Shown: positions 26,130 through 39,250, numbered from the whole stretch's first letter. The stretch is 63,762 nt of DNA, filler included, from Octopus bimaculoides (GCF_001194135.2; 6 parts of 5 records of this genome joined end to end with filler, not necessarily neighbours in it); one strand, 5' to 3'. Notes: generated by a model not told the origin, from the sequence alone. Numbers and translations: made by a program.

Positions 26130-27050
26130 TGTACAATCTGAAAATTAAACTTGATAATAAGACAGCAGCAACAATAAAAAATATAAGTTTGGTCATCATA
26201 GAACTAATTGCAAGAAAAGTGAATGCCAATACGACTAGACTAAATAAAATGATATATGTGGTAGCCTCTGTGACCACAAAAGAAATTGGATACTCTCTCA
26301 AACCCTTCCAAATAGGAATATCACAACCTAAACAGATGGTATCGAAAGCTAATATCCAGAAAAAAAGAAAAGAGATGATAAAAGAAAAGATCTTTCAGTC
26401 CTTAATGAAATTAGCAAACAAACAACACTACTAAATAACAAGAAAGAATGAAAAATACTGCAGAAATATAAAATAACAAAATAAGATATATCTGAGACAA
26501 AAGAACTACTAAAGCAAGATATCCTTACCAAAGCACCAAAACACAAAGAATCCATTGGTAATCATGAATATTGTGCTCCAATAAACCAGACTTTCCAGTG
26601 GCTCTGTCTTACATTATAAATAAACAATGCTATTGTAGCAGGTTTTTGCTTCAATATGAACCAAAAATTCATATTTGTCAATTAGGAAAATTTTGTGAAC
26701 ATTAACCAAAACTGATGATATCAGGAAGAAATTAACTAACGATGTTCTTTAGCCAGACTACAGCTGAATTGACAATGAAAATCCCACCATATTAAATCAC
26801 AAAGAACTTGCTGATATCATCTGGAAATAATCCAGTTATGGTTGCTGAGGTTAGTTAATCAAAGCTTATATAAGATCTTCCAAAACTAGGTAAACATAAT
26901 GAATGATCAGCTAATAGGAATCTAGATGCAGTCAGCAGCATATCAATATTTTTTCAGCAACAAACTGTTGGTTTTGACAATAAAAACAGGAAAATATGAT
27001 GAACTACCTATGATAAACATAACTGTTATGAAAAGAACTTTGTTTTCCCC
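26130..27050 (+). mobile_element. Highly degraded R4-clade fragment
   Basis: TTRLNKMIYVVASVTTKEIG and KELLKQDILTKA resemble R4 N-terminal motifs. Many stops. Confidence 0.4.
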
Positions 27051-27129
27051 ATCCAATAACTGAGACTGATGTTCATCTTGTAAACAATAAATATTGTATG
27101 AAGATTTGAAACCCAACTTGATGTTTGTA

Positions 27130-27255
27130 TATTCCTTTCCACATCATATGTATTTCCATGTCATATTCCTTTCCACATCATATGTATTTCCATGTCATAT
27201 TCCTTTCCACATCATATGTATTTCCATGTCATATGTATTTCCATGCCATATTCAT
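27130..27255. repeat. 34-bp tandem repeat, about 3 copies
   Basis: attcctttccacatcatatgtatttccatgtcat repeated. Confidence 0.85.
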
Positions 27256-27393
27256 ATAACTGCTGTGCTATGTTCTATATAGAAGGAAAATTGAAATAAT
27301 ATGCCATTGTGAGAGAATTTTCCCTTTACAGACAATGAATTACATTGAAAACTAAAGGAGTAGAATATAGAAATGTTGAAACAAATGAAATAC

Positions 27394-27455
27394 TCAAAGG
27401 GCAATGGATGACCTTCACTTCATCACAGGGAGTTAAATTTTTCTGTAATTGGAAT
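27394..27455 (-). CDS. Candidate exon, unknown gene
   Basis: Strong acceptor ttttttcctatttttatattacaacattttgcag|, FQLQKNLTPCDEVKVIHCPL, donor a|gtattt. Phase 1 out fits the exon at 23586. Confidence 0.3.
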
Positions 27456-28134
27456 CTGCAAAATGTTGTAATATAAAAATAGGAAAAAACAGTGTCCTGA
27501 GAAAATTATTGGCAAGATTTTTATTATTAAGTTTCCTTAGGATTTTGCTTCAAAACCATGGATATTAGATTTGCTTATCATGTTTCTAAGACTGATAAAA
27601 CACCGGTTTCCAACTTAAGCACAATACTATAAATTCTTTGAAAGGGGTAGATGGTTATACTAAGAATCAAGGCAGAGTTGACCTTGAAAGGATTTGAACA
27701 CAGAACATAAAGTTAAGTAACTAAACATGGCAACATATTTTGTCTGCAACTCTATCAATTCTACCAACATATTGCCCTCTAGGGTTAATAGAACATTTTT
27801 TTGTTTTTCTGATTTAGGCACAAGGCTGGCAATTTGGATGGTATTTAGTCAACATCATTGACTCCAGTATTTGACTGGTAGTTATTTGTTTTGTTGATCC
27901 TGGATGAATGAAAAACAAAGTCTGCACAAATTTTTCTATAGCACTCTGATGATACTACCAAACCAATACCTAAGGGTTTATTAAATAATGGTTTTTGATT
28001 TAGATACAAGGCCAGCAATTTTAAGGAGAGGGTAAAGTCAATGCTGTCAATCACAGTACTTGGTTGGTGCTGTTTTATCGACTGCCATCAGATGAAAGGC
28101 AAAGTTGATCTTGGAACAAACGCTGATAAACTAT

Positions 28135-28335
28135 TCTTTTATGCTTTTATTCTTTTACTCATTTCAGTCATTTGACTGCAGCCATGTTGGAGCACTCACT
28201 GCCTTTAGTTGAACAAATCAACCTTCAGGACTTATTCTTTGTAAACCTAGTACTTATTTTATCAGTCTCTTTTGACAAACAGTTAAGTTATGGGGATGTA
28301 AACACGCCAACACCAGTTAGGGCAGGACAAACACA

Positions 28336-28383
<48 letters not shown>

Positions 28384-28995
28384 TTCATGCACACGCACAC
28401 ACACATACATATGTATATAAATGATGGGCTTCTTTCAATTTCCATCTACCGAATCCATTCACAAGGCTTTGGTCGGCCCCGAGGCTATAATAGAAGACAC
28501 ATGCTTAAGGTGCCATACAGTGGCAGAACTATATGGTTGGGCAGCAAGCTTCTTACCACACAAAGACTCCTGAGACTATATTATATACAACTCTTTACTC
28601 TCTTTTACTCTTTTACTTGTTTCAGTCATTTGTCTGCGGCCATGCTGGAGCACTGCCTTTAGTCAAGCAAATTGACCCCAGGACTTATTCTTTGGAAGCC
28701 TAGTACTTATACTATCAGTCTCTTTTGCCAAACTGCTAAGTTACGGGGACATAACCACACCAGCATCGGTTGTTGGCAATGTTGGGGGGACAAACACAGA
28801 CACATAAACATATACACACACATACATATATACGACGGGTTTCTTTCAGTTTCCATCTACCAAATCCACTCACAAGGCTTTGGCTGGCCCGAGGCTATAG
28901 TAGAAGACACTTGCCCAATGTGTCACGCAGTGGGACTGAACCCAGAACCATGTGGTTGGTAAGCAAGCTACTTACCACACAGCCACTCCTATGCC
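28135..28995 (-). mobile_element. Two head-to-tail SINE family B copies
   Basis: Copies at about 28135-28570 (older) and 28600-28995. Confidence 0.85.
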
Positions 28996-29279
28996 TAAGA
29001 AAGTTTTAGCAGCTCACTGCATTTAACCAATGGTCATAAAGTTTAAGGGTACGGGTTCAGAGGGATAAGAAGTAAAGTTAACCTTGGTAAGAATTGAACT
29101 CACAATGTAAAGAATTACCGTATGGTACTTCATCTGATTCCCTAACAATGCTCTAATGATGCTGACAACCTACTGCTCTAAAATAAGCAAGGAATATATA
29201 CTGGAGTGATTCAGTTGCATATACACCCCATCCTTACAAACAGTACTTTGCATCGAGACAAAAAGAAACATTTCACCAT

Positions 29280-29318
29280 CATTATCATCATCGTCATCAG
29301 CTTGTTCATCGTCATCAC

Positions 29319-29385
<67 letters not shown>

Positions 29386-29410
29386 GTCTTCATCATCATC
29401 ATCATCATAT
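29280..29410. repeat. (CAT)n microsatellite, representative of dozens of simple repeats
   Basis: Others include (CCA)n 3345-3560, (TG)n 9535-9625, (GA)n 22735-22806, (GGC/GGCAGC)n 24905-25010, (TACA)n 32091-32272, (CA)n 41125-41212, (GAT)n 41845-41920 and (AAT)n 42715-42840. Confidence 0.95.
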
Positions 29411-29817
29411 TCATCACAACCATCACTATCGCCATCACCACTCCAACCGCTAGCAACACTATCGTAATCATTCCTTATGTAAATGTAGTTTCTTGTATTG
29501 AACAAGACACAATTTCAACTCCACACTATGTCTGCTATAGCAACCAACATGATTACAGGGTATTTTCTATAAACCGATGCCACAAAGCCTGCAATGAAGA
29601 CTTAACTAAAAATACAAGACATGCTTTTGCATTAATTTATCAGTCATTCTACCTTTTGCAAGAGTATTATAATTTGAACATCATTATTTCCAGCTGACTT
29701 AACTCTGTAATTAGCTAAGGAGCTATGTAAGTAATAGGAAAATGGTCATAATATACATGCATGCACATATTTCATATATATATATATATATATGTGTGTG
29801 TCTGTGTGTGTGTGTGC

Positions 29818-29851
<34 letters not shown>

Positions 29852-29888
29852 GTGTGTCTGTGTGTGTGTGTGCNNNNNNNNNNNNNNN

Positions 29889-29927
<39 letters not shown>

Positions 29928-30351
29928 GTCTGTATGCATGTGTGTGCACATGTATGTATGTATGTATGTATGTTTGTATGTATGTATGTATGTATGTATG
30001 TATGTAGGTAGGTATATCAAAACCGAAGCCAAGACAAAAGAAAACTTTCTTTTGAAGATGAAATGAGAAAGTCAGTTTTATACAGAAATAAATCTGATTA
30101 GATAGGATGGACATCAAATGAGCATGTTTCTTAGCCAATAAATGCTTTTATGGTGTGGCTTATTAATGTCTGTCTGATATTTTCATTGGGTTATTCGTAT
30201 TTTTTAATTATCAATTAAATTAATATCAAGTTGTTATGTTGATGTCGAGAAAATCACTTATGTATATTTCTTGAGTGCTTTCTTTATTTATGTTGGAAAA
30301 CTAAAGACATCTTTATTTTACTCATCACTGTAGTTGGTATAGTTTTCAGCT

Positions 30352-30988
30352 TTGACCCTTCAACATTCAGAGCTCTCTGTCAAATGTATGCCTTTTTATT
30401 CACATTGGCTTAAATTAATCATGCATTATCTTGTAACTTTGAGATTTTGATTATACAAAATACACCATTTCGAGCGTGGCCGCGGATCGTTACCAATGTT
30501 GCCTTCCTGGTACGTGAAAAGACATTCGAGCGAGATCGTTGCCAGTGCCAATGGACTGGCTTCTGTGCAGGTAACACGTAATACACCATTTCAAGCATGG
30601 CCTTTGCCAGTAAGACATCCGAGTGAGATCGTTGCCAGGGCCCCTGGACTGGCCCTGTGCAGGTGGCATGTAAAATACACCATTTTGAGCGTAGCCGTTG
30701 CCAGTACCTGCCTGACTGGCCCTCGTGCCGGTGGCATGTAAAAGCACTCTCGGAACAGTTGACATTATGAAGGGCATCCAGCTGTAGAAACTCTGCCAAA
30801 TCAGATTGGAGCTTGGTGTTGCCTCCTGGTCCACCAGTCCTCAGTCAAATCGTCCAACCCATGCTAGCATGGAAAGCGGACGCTAAACGACAACGATGAT
30901 GATGATGATGATGAGTGTTTATTTTTAGAATGACATTGTAAAATAGGTGTGTGAGGCCAGATATGGCCTGTTTAAATGCTTAAGGGTT
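30352..30988. mobile_element. piggyBac-type MITE (TTAA-CCCTT termini) split by the family D insertion
   Basis: Left tttgacccttcaacattcaga, right atgcttaagggttaa. The two halves match the contiguous copy at about 51825-52018 in reverse. Confidence 0.7.
30465..30913 (+). mobile_element. RTE-tailed non-autonomous element (family D) ending gcatggaaagcggacg..aaacga(tga)n
   Basis: Internal 60-70 bp sub-repeats. Reverse-strand copies at about 49907-50235 and 52018-52330. Confidence 0.8.
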
Positions 30989-31958
30989 AAACAGTTGTTG
31001 CTGGTTTATGTTGATTACTTGAGTTTTATTCCTATTGTAGTGCTGACAACTATTAGCTGTTATTTCACTAGGGTTGGCCATGGGGTTAATAATACTTTAA
31101 GCAAGCTGAATTTAGTGTCTCAGCAAGAATAATTTTCTTTATAAATTTTCACAAGGAGACAGAAAAAATTTGCAAATGCAGGAATAAAGTGCTTATGGCT
31201 GTTTATTAAAAATAGGAATATTTTCACATTTTCTCCTTTTGTATTTCAAAGTTTCCAAACATATGAGATAACACCTCTGTAGTCGAGATACCCTAAGGGA
31301 CTGCTCAAGTTGCTAGTACCTTCGGCTGATACTGAATAAGTTATTATTGTTTTGTTTGTTGATGATGGAGATGCTATTGTTGATATTTTAAGTAAAAACA
31401 CTTGTATAATTCTATTGTTCCCTGTATTTTCGTATTTCAACTCTTTAGCATTCAGATTATTCTATCTAATGTAATGCTTACTTATCTTTTATATTTTATA
31501 TGTTTCAATTATTAGACTGTGGCCATGCAGTGGCACCACCTTAAAGAATGTTTAGGCAAGCGAATCGACCATAGTACTTAATTTTTTAAGCCTTGTATTT
31601 ATTCTATCAGAGTCTTTTTTGCTGAACCACTAAGTTACAGGGACATTGACAGACCAACACTGGTTGTCAAGTGATGGTGAGGGACAAACACAGCAAACAC
31701 GGACACAAACATACTCACACACACACACACACACACACACATCATTTAATGTACACAGTATAAAGCTAAGAGCAACAAATTGTTTCATACATTTGAGACA
31801 CAAGTCTTGGCATGTTATAAAAACCTGCCTAGACTCACATTTCCAATGCATGAAACTATTAGTAGCTCATGTCTTTATACTGTGGACATTAAATGATATT
31901 TATCTCTCACTCAATGGAGTACTTTTTTTCTTGGTCTTTCCTTTATGGAACAATAAAC

Positions 31959-31989
<31 letters not shown>

Positions 31990-32200
31990 GNNNNNNNNNN
32001 NNNNNNNNNNNNNNNNNNNNNNNNNNNNNNNNNNTTAATTAATTAANNNNNNNNNNNNNNNNNNNNNNNNNNNNNNNNNNNNNNNNNNNNATACGTACAT
32101 ACATACATACATACATACATACATACATACACACATACATACATACGTACATACATACATACATACATACATACATACATACATACACACATACACACAT

Positions 32201-32231
<31 letters not shown>

Positions 32232-32339
32232 TACATACATACATACATACATACATACATACATACATACATAACACCTTAAAGTCAGGAGGTATGAGAG
32301 GTTAATATATATATATTTCAACCACGTAGCTCCCATAGA

Positions 32340-32710
32340 TTACGGACATTCCGCAACCTTTTTTCATGTAGTATAATTTTCATTATGGAAGAAACTATGC
32401 GTATATGTTTACATTAATATGCATGCTCAGCATTACACAATACTATTATATATTCACAAATTAATGCAAATAAAGAAAGCTAACTGATCAGGCCACCGAA
32501 ACATGTTGCACCAAGAATTCAACCCTTAATTCAGAGATGTAACAATGATGTTCATGTGATGTGATCAGCTAGCTTTCTTTATTTATATTAATTTGTGAAT
32601 AAACAATTGCAATGTTTAATTCTGAGCATGCATATTAATGCACACATGTACGCATAAGTTTTTCCATACTGAAATTATACTGCATGGAGAAAGTTGTAAA
32701 ATAACAGTAT
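32340..32710. mobile_element. Fold-back element with about 140-bp imperfect inverted arms
   Basis: cattaatatgcatgctcag...attcacaaattaat..aaataaagaaagcta.ctgatca is mirrored at 32560-32700. Confidence 0.75.
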
Positions 32711-33230
32711 TCTATAGAAGTCATGTCGTTAAATAAATATATTCACCTCTCATAGCTCCTGCCTTTTAAGGTCTTATATACTTCTCATTAAATATTTTCA
32801 TCGATCAGATGTTCTTTGTTTTCATTTACATGGACACTGTACATTAAACTTCATTATAATTGATTACTGTTAACCGAACCCATAAGGGCAGTTTTATATG
32901 ATAGCCGCACGGTTCTCTGAATCCATATCTTGTACTGTTCATTTATATCGATAAGAATATATTCTCTTACGCCTAAAAGCGCAGCCTATCCACAAAGTAG
33001 CAAAATACATACCTTGTGTATGTGTATTCGATACTCTCTCTCTCTCTCTCNNNNNNNNNNNNNNNNNNNNNNNNNNNNNNNNNNNNNNNNNNNNNNNNNN
33101 NNNNNNNNNNNNNNNNNNNNNNNNNNNNNNNNNNNNNNNNNNNNNNNNNNNNNNNNNNNNNNNNNNNNNNNNNNNNNNNNNNNNNNNNNNNNNNNNNNNN
33201 NNNNNNNNNNNNNNNNNNNNNNNNNNNNNN

Positions 33231-33256
<26 letters not shown>

Positions 33257-33261
<5 letters not shown>

Positions 33262-34386
33262 GTGGCCTAGAAGTAACCTAACCGTATTGAATTTATTAAA
33301 TATGTATGGCTAATTGCTAATTATTCGCCCTCTTTCATTTCAGAGATATGTCCTCCCAGACGACGCACTTTAACATTGGAAGAACGTGTTCATGCTGTTA
33401 AAAATTATTATTCATCTGGTTAGTTATAAAAATGTTATTGATCATTGAAATAAATCATTTGATATGCCATTTCCTGCAAAATCGACCATCTACAAATTGG
33501 TACTAAAATTCGAACAAACTGGCAACGTTGCAGATGCGGATAAACCTTAGTGCACCAAGAACAGTAAGGACTGTTGCTCATAAAGATTTAGTAGCCGCAT
33601 CATACGTTATAAGCCCTCGGAAATCCCGGAGACGTTTCGTAATCGTCTTTACAACGCATCAGGTCAGAGATCGGCTTGAAGTCATATCATCCACATGCAC
33701 TCCAAGCTCTTAAGAAAGATGACGAAGACAGGTGTCTTCAATTTTGTGAAACTTTTGTGGCTTTGTTGTGAAGAGTCTCCAGATTTTTGAACCACATTGT
33801 TCGGTCAGACGAAGCTTGCGTTAAACTAAATGGACGGCTGAATCGGTATAACTGCGTCTGTTGGTCAGATTCAAATCCACATGAAACATTGTAACAGGAG
33901 CTTAATTTACCTGGTGTCAGTGTTTGGGGTAGCATTTGCAACACTGGATTAACTGGCCCTTTTTTTTCTTTGATAGCATAGTGACGGCCGAATCATATCT
34001 AAAAATGTTTAAAAAGTTGTGGCCTATAGTGTCTCAGCATGAAGATTACGCCGATTTGTGCTTTCAGCAGGAAGTAAATTTAAGGCCTACCTGTTCGAAA
34101 CTTGCTTGATGCGCATTCTCCGAGCAGTACTCAAAAATCAGGTGTTCAGTGCTAAAGCAAAAACTCTCAATGATCTGAAACAGAGCATCATAAATGCACG
34201 GCAAGATATTACACCGGAGTTGTGCATAAGAGTAACTGATTCAACCATAGAACGATGTCATAATTGTATTGCAAAAAATGGTTTACATTTTGAACATTTT
34301 CTATAACCTTGTGTAATAAAAATTTCTATTCCATTTATTTGTAACCTTTAACAATAATTAGAGTTCGATTACATCTGGGCCAACCT
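33257..34386 (+). mobile_element. Near-full-length degenerate Tc1/mariner-superfamily element (Tc3/maT/rosa-like)
   Basis: Degenerate TIRs cagagtggcctagaagtaa / caggttggcccagatgtaa inside (TA)n. Motifs TLEERVHAVKNYY, PAKSTIYKLVLKFEQTG, SDEACVKLNGRLNRYNC, PGVSVWG...GPFF, LKNQVFSAK...NGLHFEHFL*. The segment around the second catalytic Asp is deleted. Confidence 0.88.
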
Positions 34387-34399
34387 GTATATATATATA

Positions 34400-34970
34400 T
34401 ATGGGAGAATATACAAAAAATAACAACAGACGAGGACAGGTGGTGTAAATAACAAAAGTATATATTAGTATGACGCTCGGGAATACGGAAAGTCTTTGAC
34501 GTTTCGAGCTACGCTCTTCAACAGAAAGAATACGGAGACAAGGAGAAAAACACGGAGAAAAAAAATTGAATAGTGTTCAGTCAACGGTCAATCATAATAA
34601 TGGCCGATCATAACAATGGCTGACCGGAAGTTAGAAATTCTTATTTAGACGGTAGGTGAAGGAAAGTAAGGTAAAAAAGGATGATAAAGGAGGTTTACAA
34701 AAGTGGAAAAGTTCAAAAGCTTTTTAGACGTCGTGGTATATTGAAGNNNNNNNNNNNNNNNNNNNNNNNNNNNNNNNNNNNNNNNNNNNAGATAGGCGAA
34801 GGTACAACAAAACAAGGTATCAATTTGACGCTCAGAAAATCTGAAAGAATCTTTGATATTTCGAGCCCACGCGCTTCTGCAGAGACCAATTTTCTTGTAT
34901 CCTTGGTTCCAATCTTGTGTCGGATTATCCGCTTTGGCAGAGAAGAAGACATCTCCTGTTAGTAATTCCA
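34400..34970 (-). mobile_element. Penelope-like element 3' terminal region ending in (TA)n
   Basis: The terminal repeat is shared with 50926-51040 (cgtcaaagactttccgtattc..gagcgtcatactaata..tttacaccacctgtcctcgtctgttgtt) and contains a hammerhead-like motif. Confidence 0.75.
34493..34529 (-). ncRNA. Minimal type I hammerhead ribozyme-like motif (A6U variant)
   Basis: TCTTT-CTGTTGA-A-GAGC gta GCTC-GAAA-CGT-C-AAAGA: 5-bp stem I, 4-bp stem II, palindromic ACGU stem III and a GUC site. Confidence 0.65.
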
Positions 34971-36339
34971 AGTAAATTGACTACTCCCATGATGCTAATA
35001 ATTGTTTTGCTCCTAAATCTTCATGACAACCGTTGTTTATTCTCGAGAAACAAGTTATAAATTTAGAAACATTCTTAGAGTCTTTCAACTAAAAGAAGGT
35101 GCAAAAATTTAAAACTAGATCTATTGTTACCGGTTAATCTCCTAACCTCTGGACCCACCTTTGGGGACAACTCTTAAAAAAATAACTCTAAAGAATATAT
35201 ATTTACTTTTTCATCATTCATACTTGCGAATTGTATTCTCTGCAGTGAAGATAAGTTTTACATTAACATGTTTTTTGAGAGAGGGTCCTTAGGAGATTAA
35301 CATACAGGATTATATTCAGATTTAAGCATTCACACTATTATATTAACAAAGTTAGATGTAGGAAAAGTGTTTCCGCTTCCATGATATGTTACCCTCCCCT
35401 TCCCCTACCATCATCTTCATCATCATCATCGTACCTAATGAGTAAATAAATGTGTCACAAACAGTTGATAGCGAAAACGTTATTAATAATGGCTGCAGGA
35501 AATTTGTCTGGATTAAAAGGGGTACCAGATCATCAGATGCGGGCAAATCGGTAGTGCGTGCGTGTGTGTGTGTATATGTGTGCGCGCGCGCATATATATA
35601 CGTAATGTGTTGATATATGTATGCATGTACGTATATATACATACCACAACTGGGAGTGGAAGACCTCTAGTCTTTGTTCAGAAATTTCTCAAGAAGAAGA
35701 AAGACTAATGTAACACCACCGACTTCGTTTACAACTAATAATGTTAATTGGTTTTTTTCTGGGCAAATGCTTAGGTTGTTCAGAGAGTGGGATTGGCTGT
35801 GTAAGGCTTTTCCTCACATTAAAAACATCAGGGAAGGCATCATATGGTTTTTAACATCGATATTCTGGCTAGTCATAACCGAGAAAAGCAAAGCATTCAG
35901 TGGAAAATTCCATGATGGACTGAATACATATTTAACTCTCTGAACACCTGATGAAAGAGGCGCCCACCATTACCTTATATGTGCAAAAGGGTGTATGTCC
36001 GTTGCAAGATTGAAAAGCCACATCCGTGCTGTTCGTATTTTAGAGGACAATAAGGCAATGGTGTCGCTCGAAATCGAGTTGCAGCCATCACACACACACA
36101 CACACACACACACAGAGTTATATATGACAGGCTTCTGCACAGTTTCCGTCTACCAAATTTACTCAGTATTGGTCAACCGGGCCTTGTCTAAAGATGTAAA
36201 TGTGAGTGAACCGGAGTAGTTCAAGTGTACGGAGAATCCTTCCGGCAGATGTATAAATATGTATACAAGCATTCATGCAGAGATGTACAAGGTTGGGTGC
36301 ATCCATGCAGGTTCAGTATATGCATATAAATATACCGAA

Positions 36340-36640
36340 AAGTGAAGTCGATGGTTTAGTGGTTAGGAGTGTTCAGCTCACGATCGTAAGGTCGTGAGTT
36401 CAATTCCCGGTGATGCGGTGTGTCCTTGAGCAAGACGCTTTATTTCACGTTGTTCCTGTTCACTCAGCTGGCAAAAATGACTTATACCTGTAATTCAAAG
36501 GGCCAGCCTTGTCACATCTTGTGTCACGCTGAATCTCCCTGAGAACTACATTAAGAGTACACATGTCTGTGCAGTGCTCGGTCGTTCTATTTGATCGAAT
36601 CGACTGGAACGCTCGTCGTCATAACCGACGGAGTAACAGG
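36340..36640 (+). mobile_element. SINE family C, short form
   Basis: Shares the head style and the 3' body gtaattcaaagggccagccttgtcac... Other copies at about 2243-2430, 3025-3124(-) and 38010-38310. Confidence 0.8.
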
Positions 36641-37043
36641 TTTTTTAAATTTATATATATACTGAAAACAATGTATATAAAAGTAGGCATTGACCGGCAT
36701 AGTATCAAGGGAGGAATTGAAACAACTATCTGCGTGTATATGAATTTAAATGGATATCTCTGCAGAGAAAAGAGAGGGAATCCACTGCAATGCATTAAAT
36801 ACGAACGGTTACCATGATGGNNNNNNNNNNNNNNNNNNNNNNNNNNNNNNNNNNNNNNNNNNNNNNNNNNNNNNNNNNNNNNNNNNNNNNNNNNNNNNNN
36901 NNNNNNNNNNNNNNNNNNNNNNNNNNNNNNNNNNNNNNNNNNNNNNNNNNNNNNNNNNNNNNNNNNNNNNNNNNNNNNNNNNNNNNNNNNNTGTTTTTGT
37001 TAAAATATATGTGCTCTATATATATAGGCTATAGTTTTACATT

Positions 37044-37436
37044 GGAGGCGCAATGGCCCAGTGGTTAGGACAGCGGACTCGCGGTCATAGCATCGCGGTT
37101 TCGATTCCCAGACCGGGCGTTGTGAGTGTTCATTGAGCGAAAACACCTAAAGCTCCACGAGGCTCCGGCAGGGGATGGTGGCGAACCCTGCTGTACTCTT
37201 TCACCACAACTTTCTCTCACTCTTACTTCCTGTTTCTGTTGTGCCTGTAATTCAAAGGGTCAGCCTTGTCACACTGTGTCACGCTGAATATCCCCCAGAA
37301 CTACGTTAAGGGTACACGTGTCTGTGGAGTGCTCAGCCACTTGCACGTTAATTTCACGAGCAGGCTGTTCCGTTGATCGGATCAACTGGAACCCTTTTGA
37401 CGTCGTAAGCGACGGAGTGCCAACAACAACAACAAT
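37044..37436 (+). mobile_element. SINE family C, long form (tRNA-like head, (CAA)n tail)
   Basis: A-box-like tggcccagtggtt, B-box-like gtttcgattcc. Near-identical copies at 45852-46231 and 43397-43658(-). Confidence 0.9.
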
Positions 37437-38349
37437 ATTTCTACAAAACACAAACTATTTTAGTTCTTTTAATACAATTCTTAATAATATTTAATTATAA
37501 AAACATAAGATTCTTATAATGATCGAATGGCTATGAATAGGAATCAAAGGGGCTCCATAAGTAAAAAATGGTTGAGAAACACTGGTTTATATTGTTCATG
37601 GCCCTGTGATTTTTCGATGAAATAAAGGCTGTCTGTATTCCAAATTCATGCTAGCAGACCCACGATCAGAATGATTGAATGTAGGACAGCCAGACAGTAA
37701 AGAGGTTTGTCAGAAGAGAGTATTTACAGGTTTGATCTTTTTCAATGACAGAAAAAAGAAAAAGAGATTTAATATTCATCGATATTTATTTATATACAAA
37801 CATTAATGTCACCAGTCTCACCGATGTAAGCAGGTTTTCAAAGGTCATAGGCAATGTGCCCTTTATCCTGATCCGGCAATTAAAAAAAAAACAACAACAC
37901 ATGCTTGCTTAGTGCTAGTATGGAGAGGACTCTTGAAATCAGAACTGTGTCTTCCGAAATGTTTACTTACCTTAACTCATTTGTTGTAAGTTTTACTGAA
38001 GTATTAGAATCGCGTGGCTTAGTCGCTAGGGTATTCGGCTCATGACGCAAGATCGTGGATTCGATTCCCAGCAGCGTGTTGTGTCTTTGAGGACACATAA
38101 TTCATGCTGTTTCACTTCACTCAGCTGACAAAAATAAGTTATACCTGTAATACAAAGGGCCAGCTTTGTCACATTCTGTGTTATGCTGAAACCCCCTGAG
38201 AATTACGTTAAGAGTACGTATGCCTGTGGAGTGCTCAGCCACTTGCACGAGTAGGCTGTTCCGTTGATCGTACCAACTGGAACACTCGTCGTCATAACTG
38301 ACGGAGAGTCAAAGAGCCGTACTGAAATATTGATGGTTAATTCGGGAGA

Positions 38350-39250
38350 AGATTGAGTTGTTGTTACTTCATATCTGCTGAATTTCAGTGATGCTGTACC
38401 GAAAGCGGTGTCTTTTTACAAAATAGGCCAATCGAGTTCGTATTACCTCAGTTAATTGTGGCGTTGTTTCAACATTTGAAGAAGGCCACCGAGATAACGA
38501 ATTTGCAGCGACAATTTGTGAACCAGGTTGATGGTGAATATCGGAAAAAAAAATATCCCAACGCTTCCATAAGCTGTTTTCGAATATCATCGTTCTTTAT
38601 TTTAGAACGTTTGAAGAAGGCTACCTAGATAACGAACCTGCAGTGACAGTTTGTGAACCAGGTTGATGGTGAATATCGGAAAAATATCCCAATGCTTCCA
38701 TAAGCTGTTTTCGAATATCATCGTTCTTTATTTTAGAATGTTTAGTAGCACCACATAAATGCTCCCCCCGCCCACTTTTTTTTTTACTTGTTTCTGCGAA
38801 TTGTTAGCGAGCAAGTGCACGGCCATTAGAAAGCTAAAACTTTGTACATCGGTCACAAAGAAAGATATCTTCCTGTGAGATAAAAAAAATTCCAGCTTTT
38901 GACTGGCAATATCATTCATATTGAATTTGGTGGGATTCGAAGGAAGAATGATACTGGCCAGTCGTTTCCGCTAAATGTTGCACCAATAGAATATTCTGTC
39001 GCAAAAGGGATCCTATAATATCACATTTTATTGCTTCGGAGGTCTTTATTTCATCCGATTTAGGAAGAAATGAATTGCATCTTCGTAAAAAAATATTACT
39101 AAAAGAAAAAAATTCAGTTATATTCTGAGAATAGTAACCAAAGAAATCTCCCAATCATTTTAGAAACGCATTAATTCATCGAGGAGGAATTGCGAAGGAA
39201 GATCCAACGAGTTATATTAGGTCGAAGCGATTAGTAAATTTCATAACCGA
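38350..39250 (+). mobile_element. MULE/Mutator-like transposase relic with an internal 135-bp tandem duplication
   Basis: EPAVTVCEPG...KYPNASISCFR resembles the recalled MULE P..vv.DFE...fPna.i.gC.FH motif. Duplicated units start at 38475 and 38610. Confidence 0.45.

Noticed and set aside
30350-30385. Apparent exon ttttcag|FDPSTFRALCQ|gtatgc
   Set aside because: It is the terminus of the piggyBac-type MITE family.
37044-37115. tRNA genes
   Set aside because: A/B-box-like heads run into SINE bodies, and no complete cloverleaf is evident.
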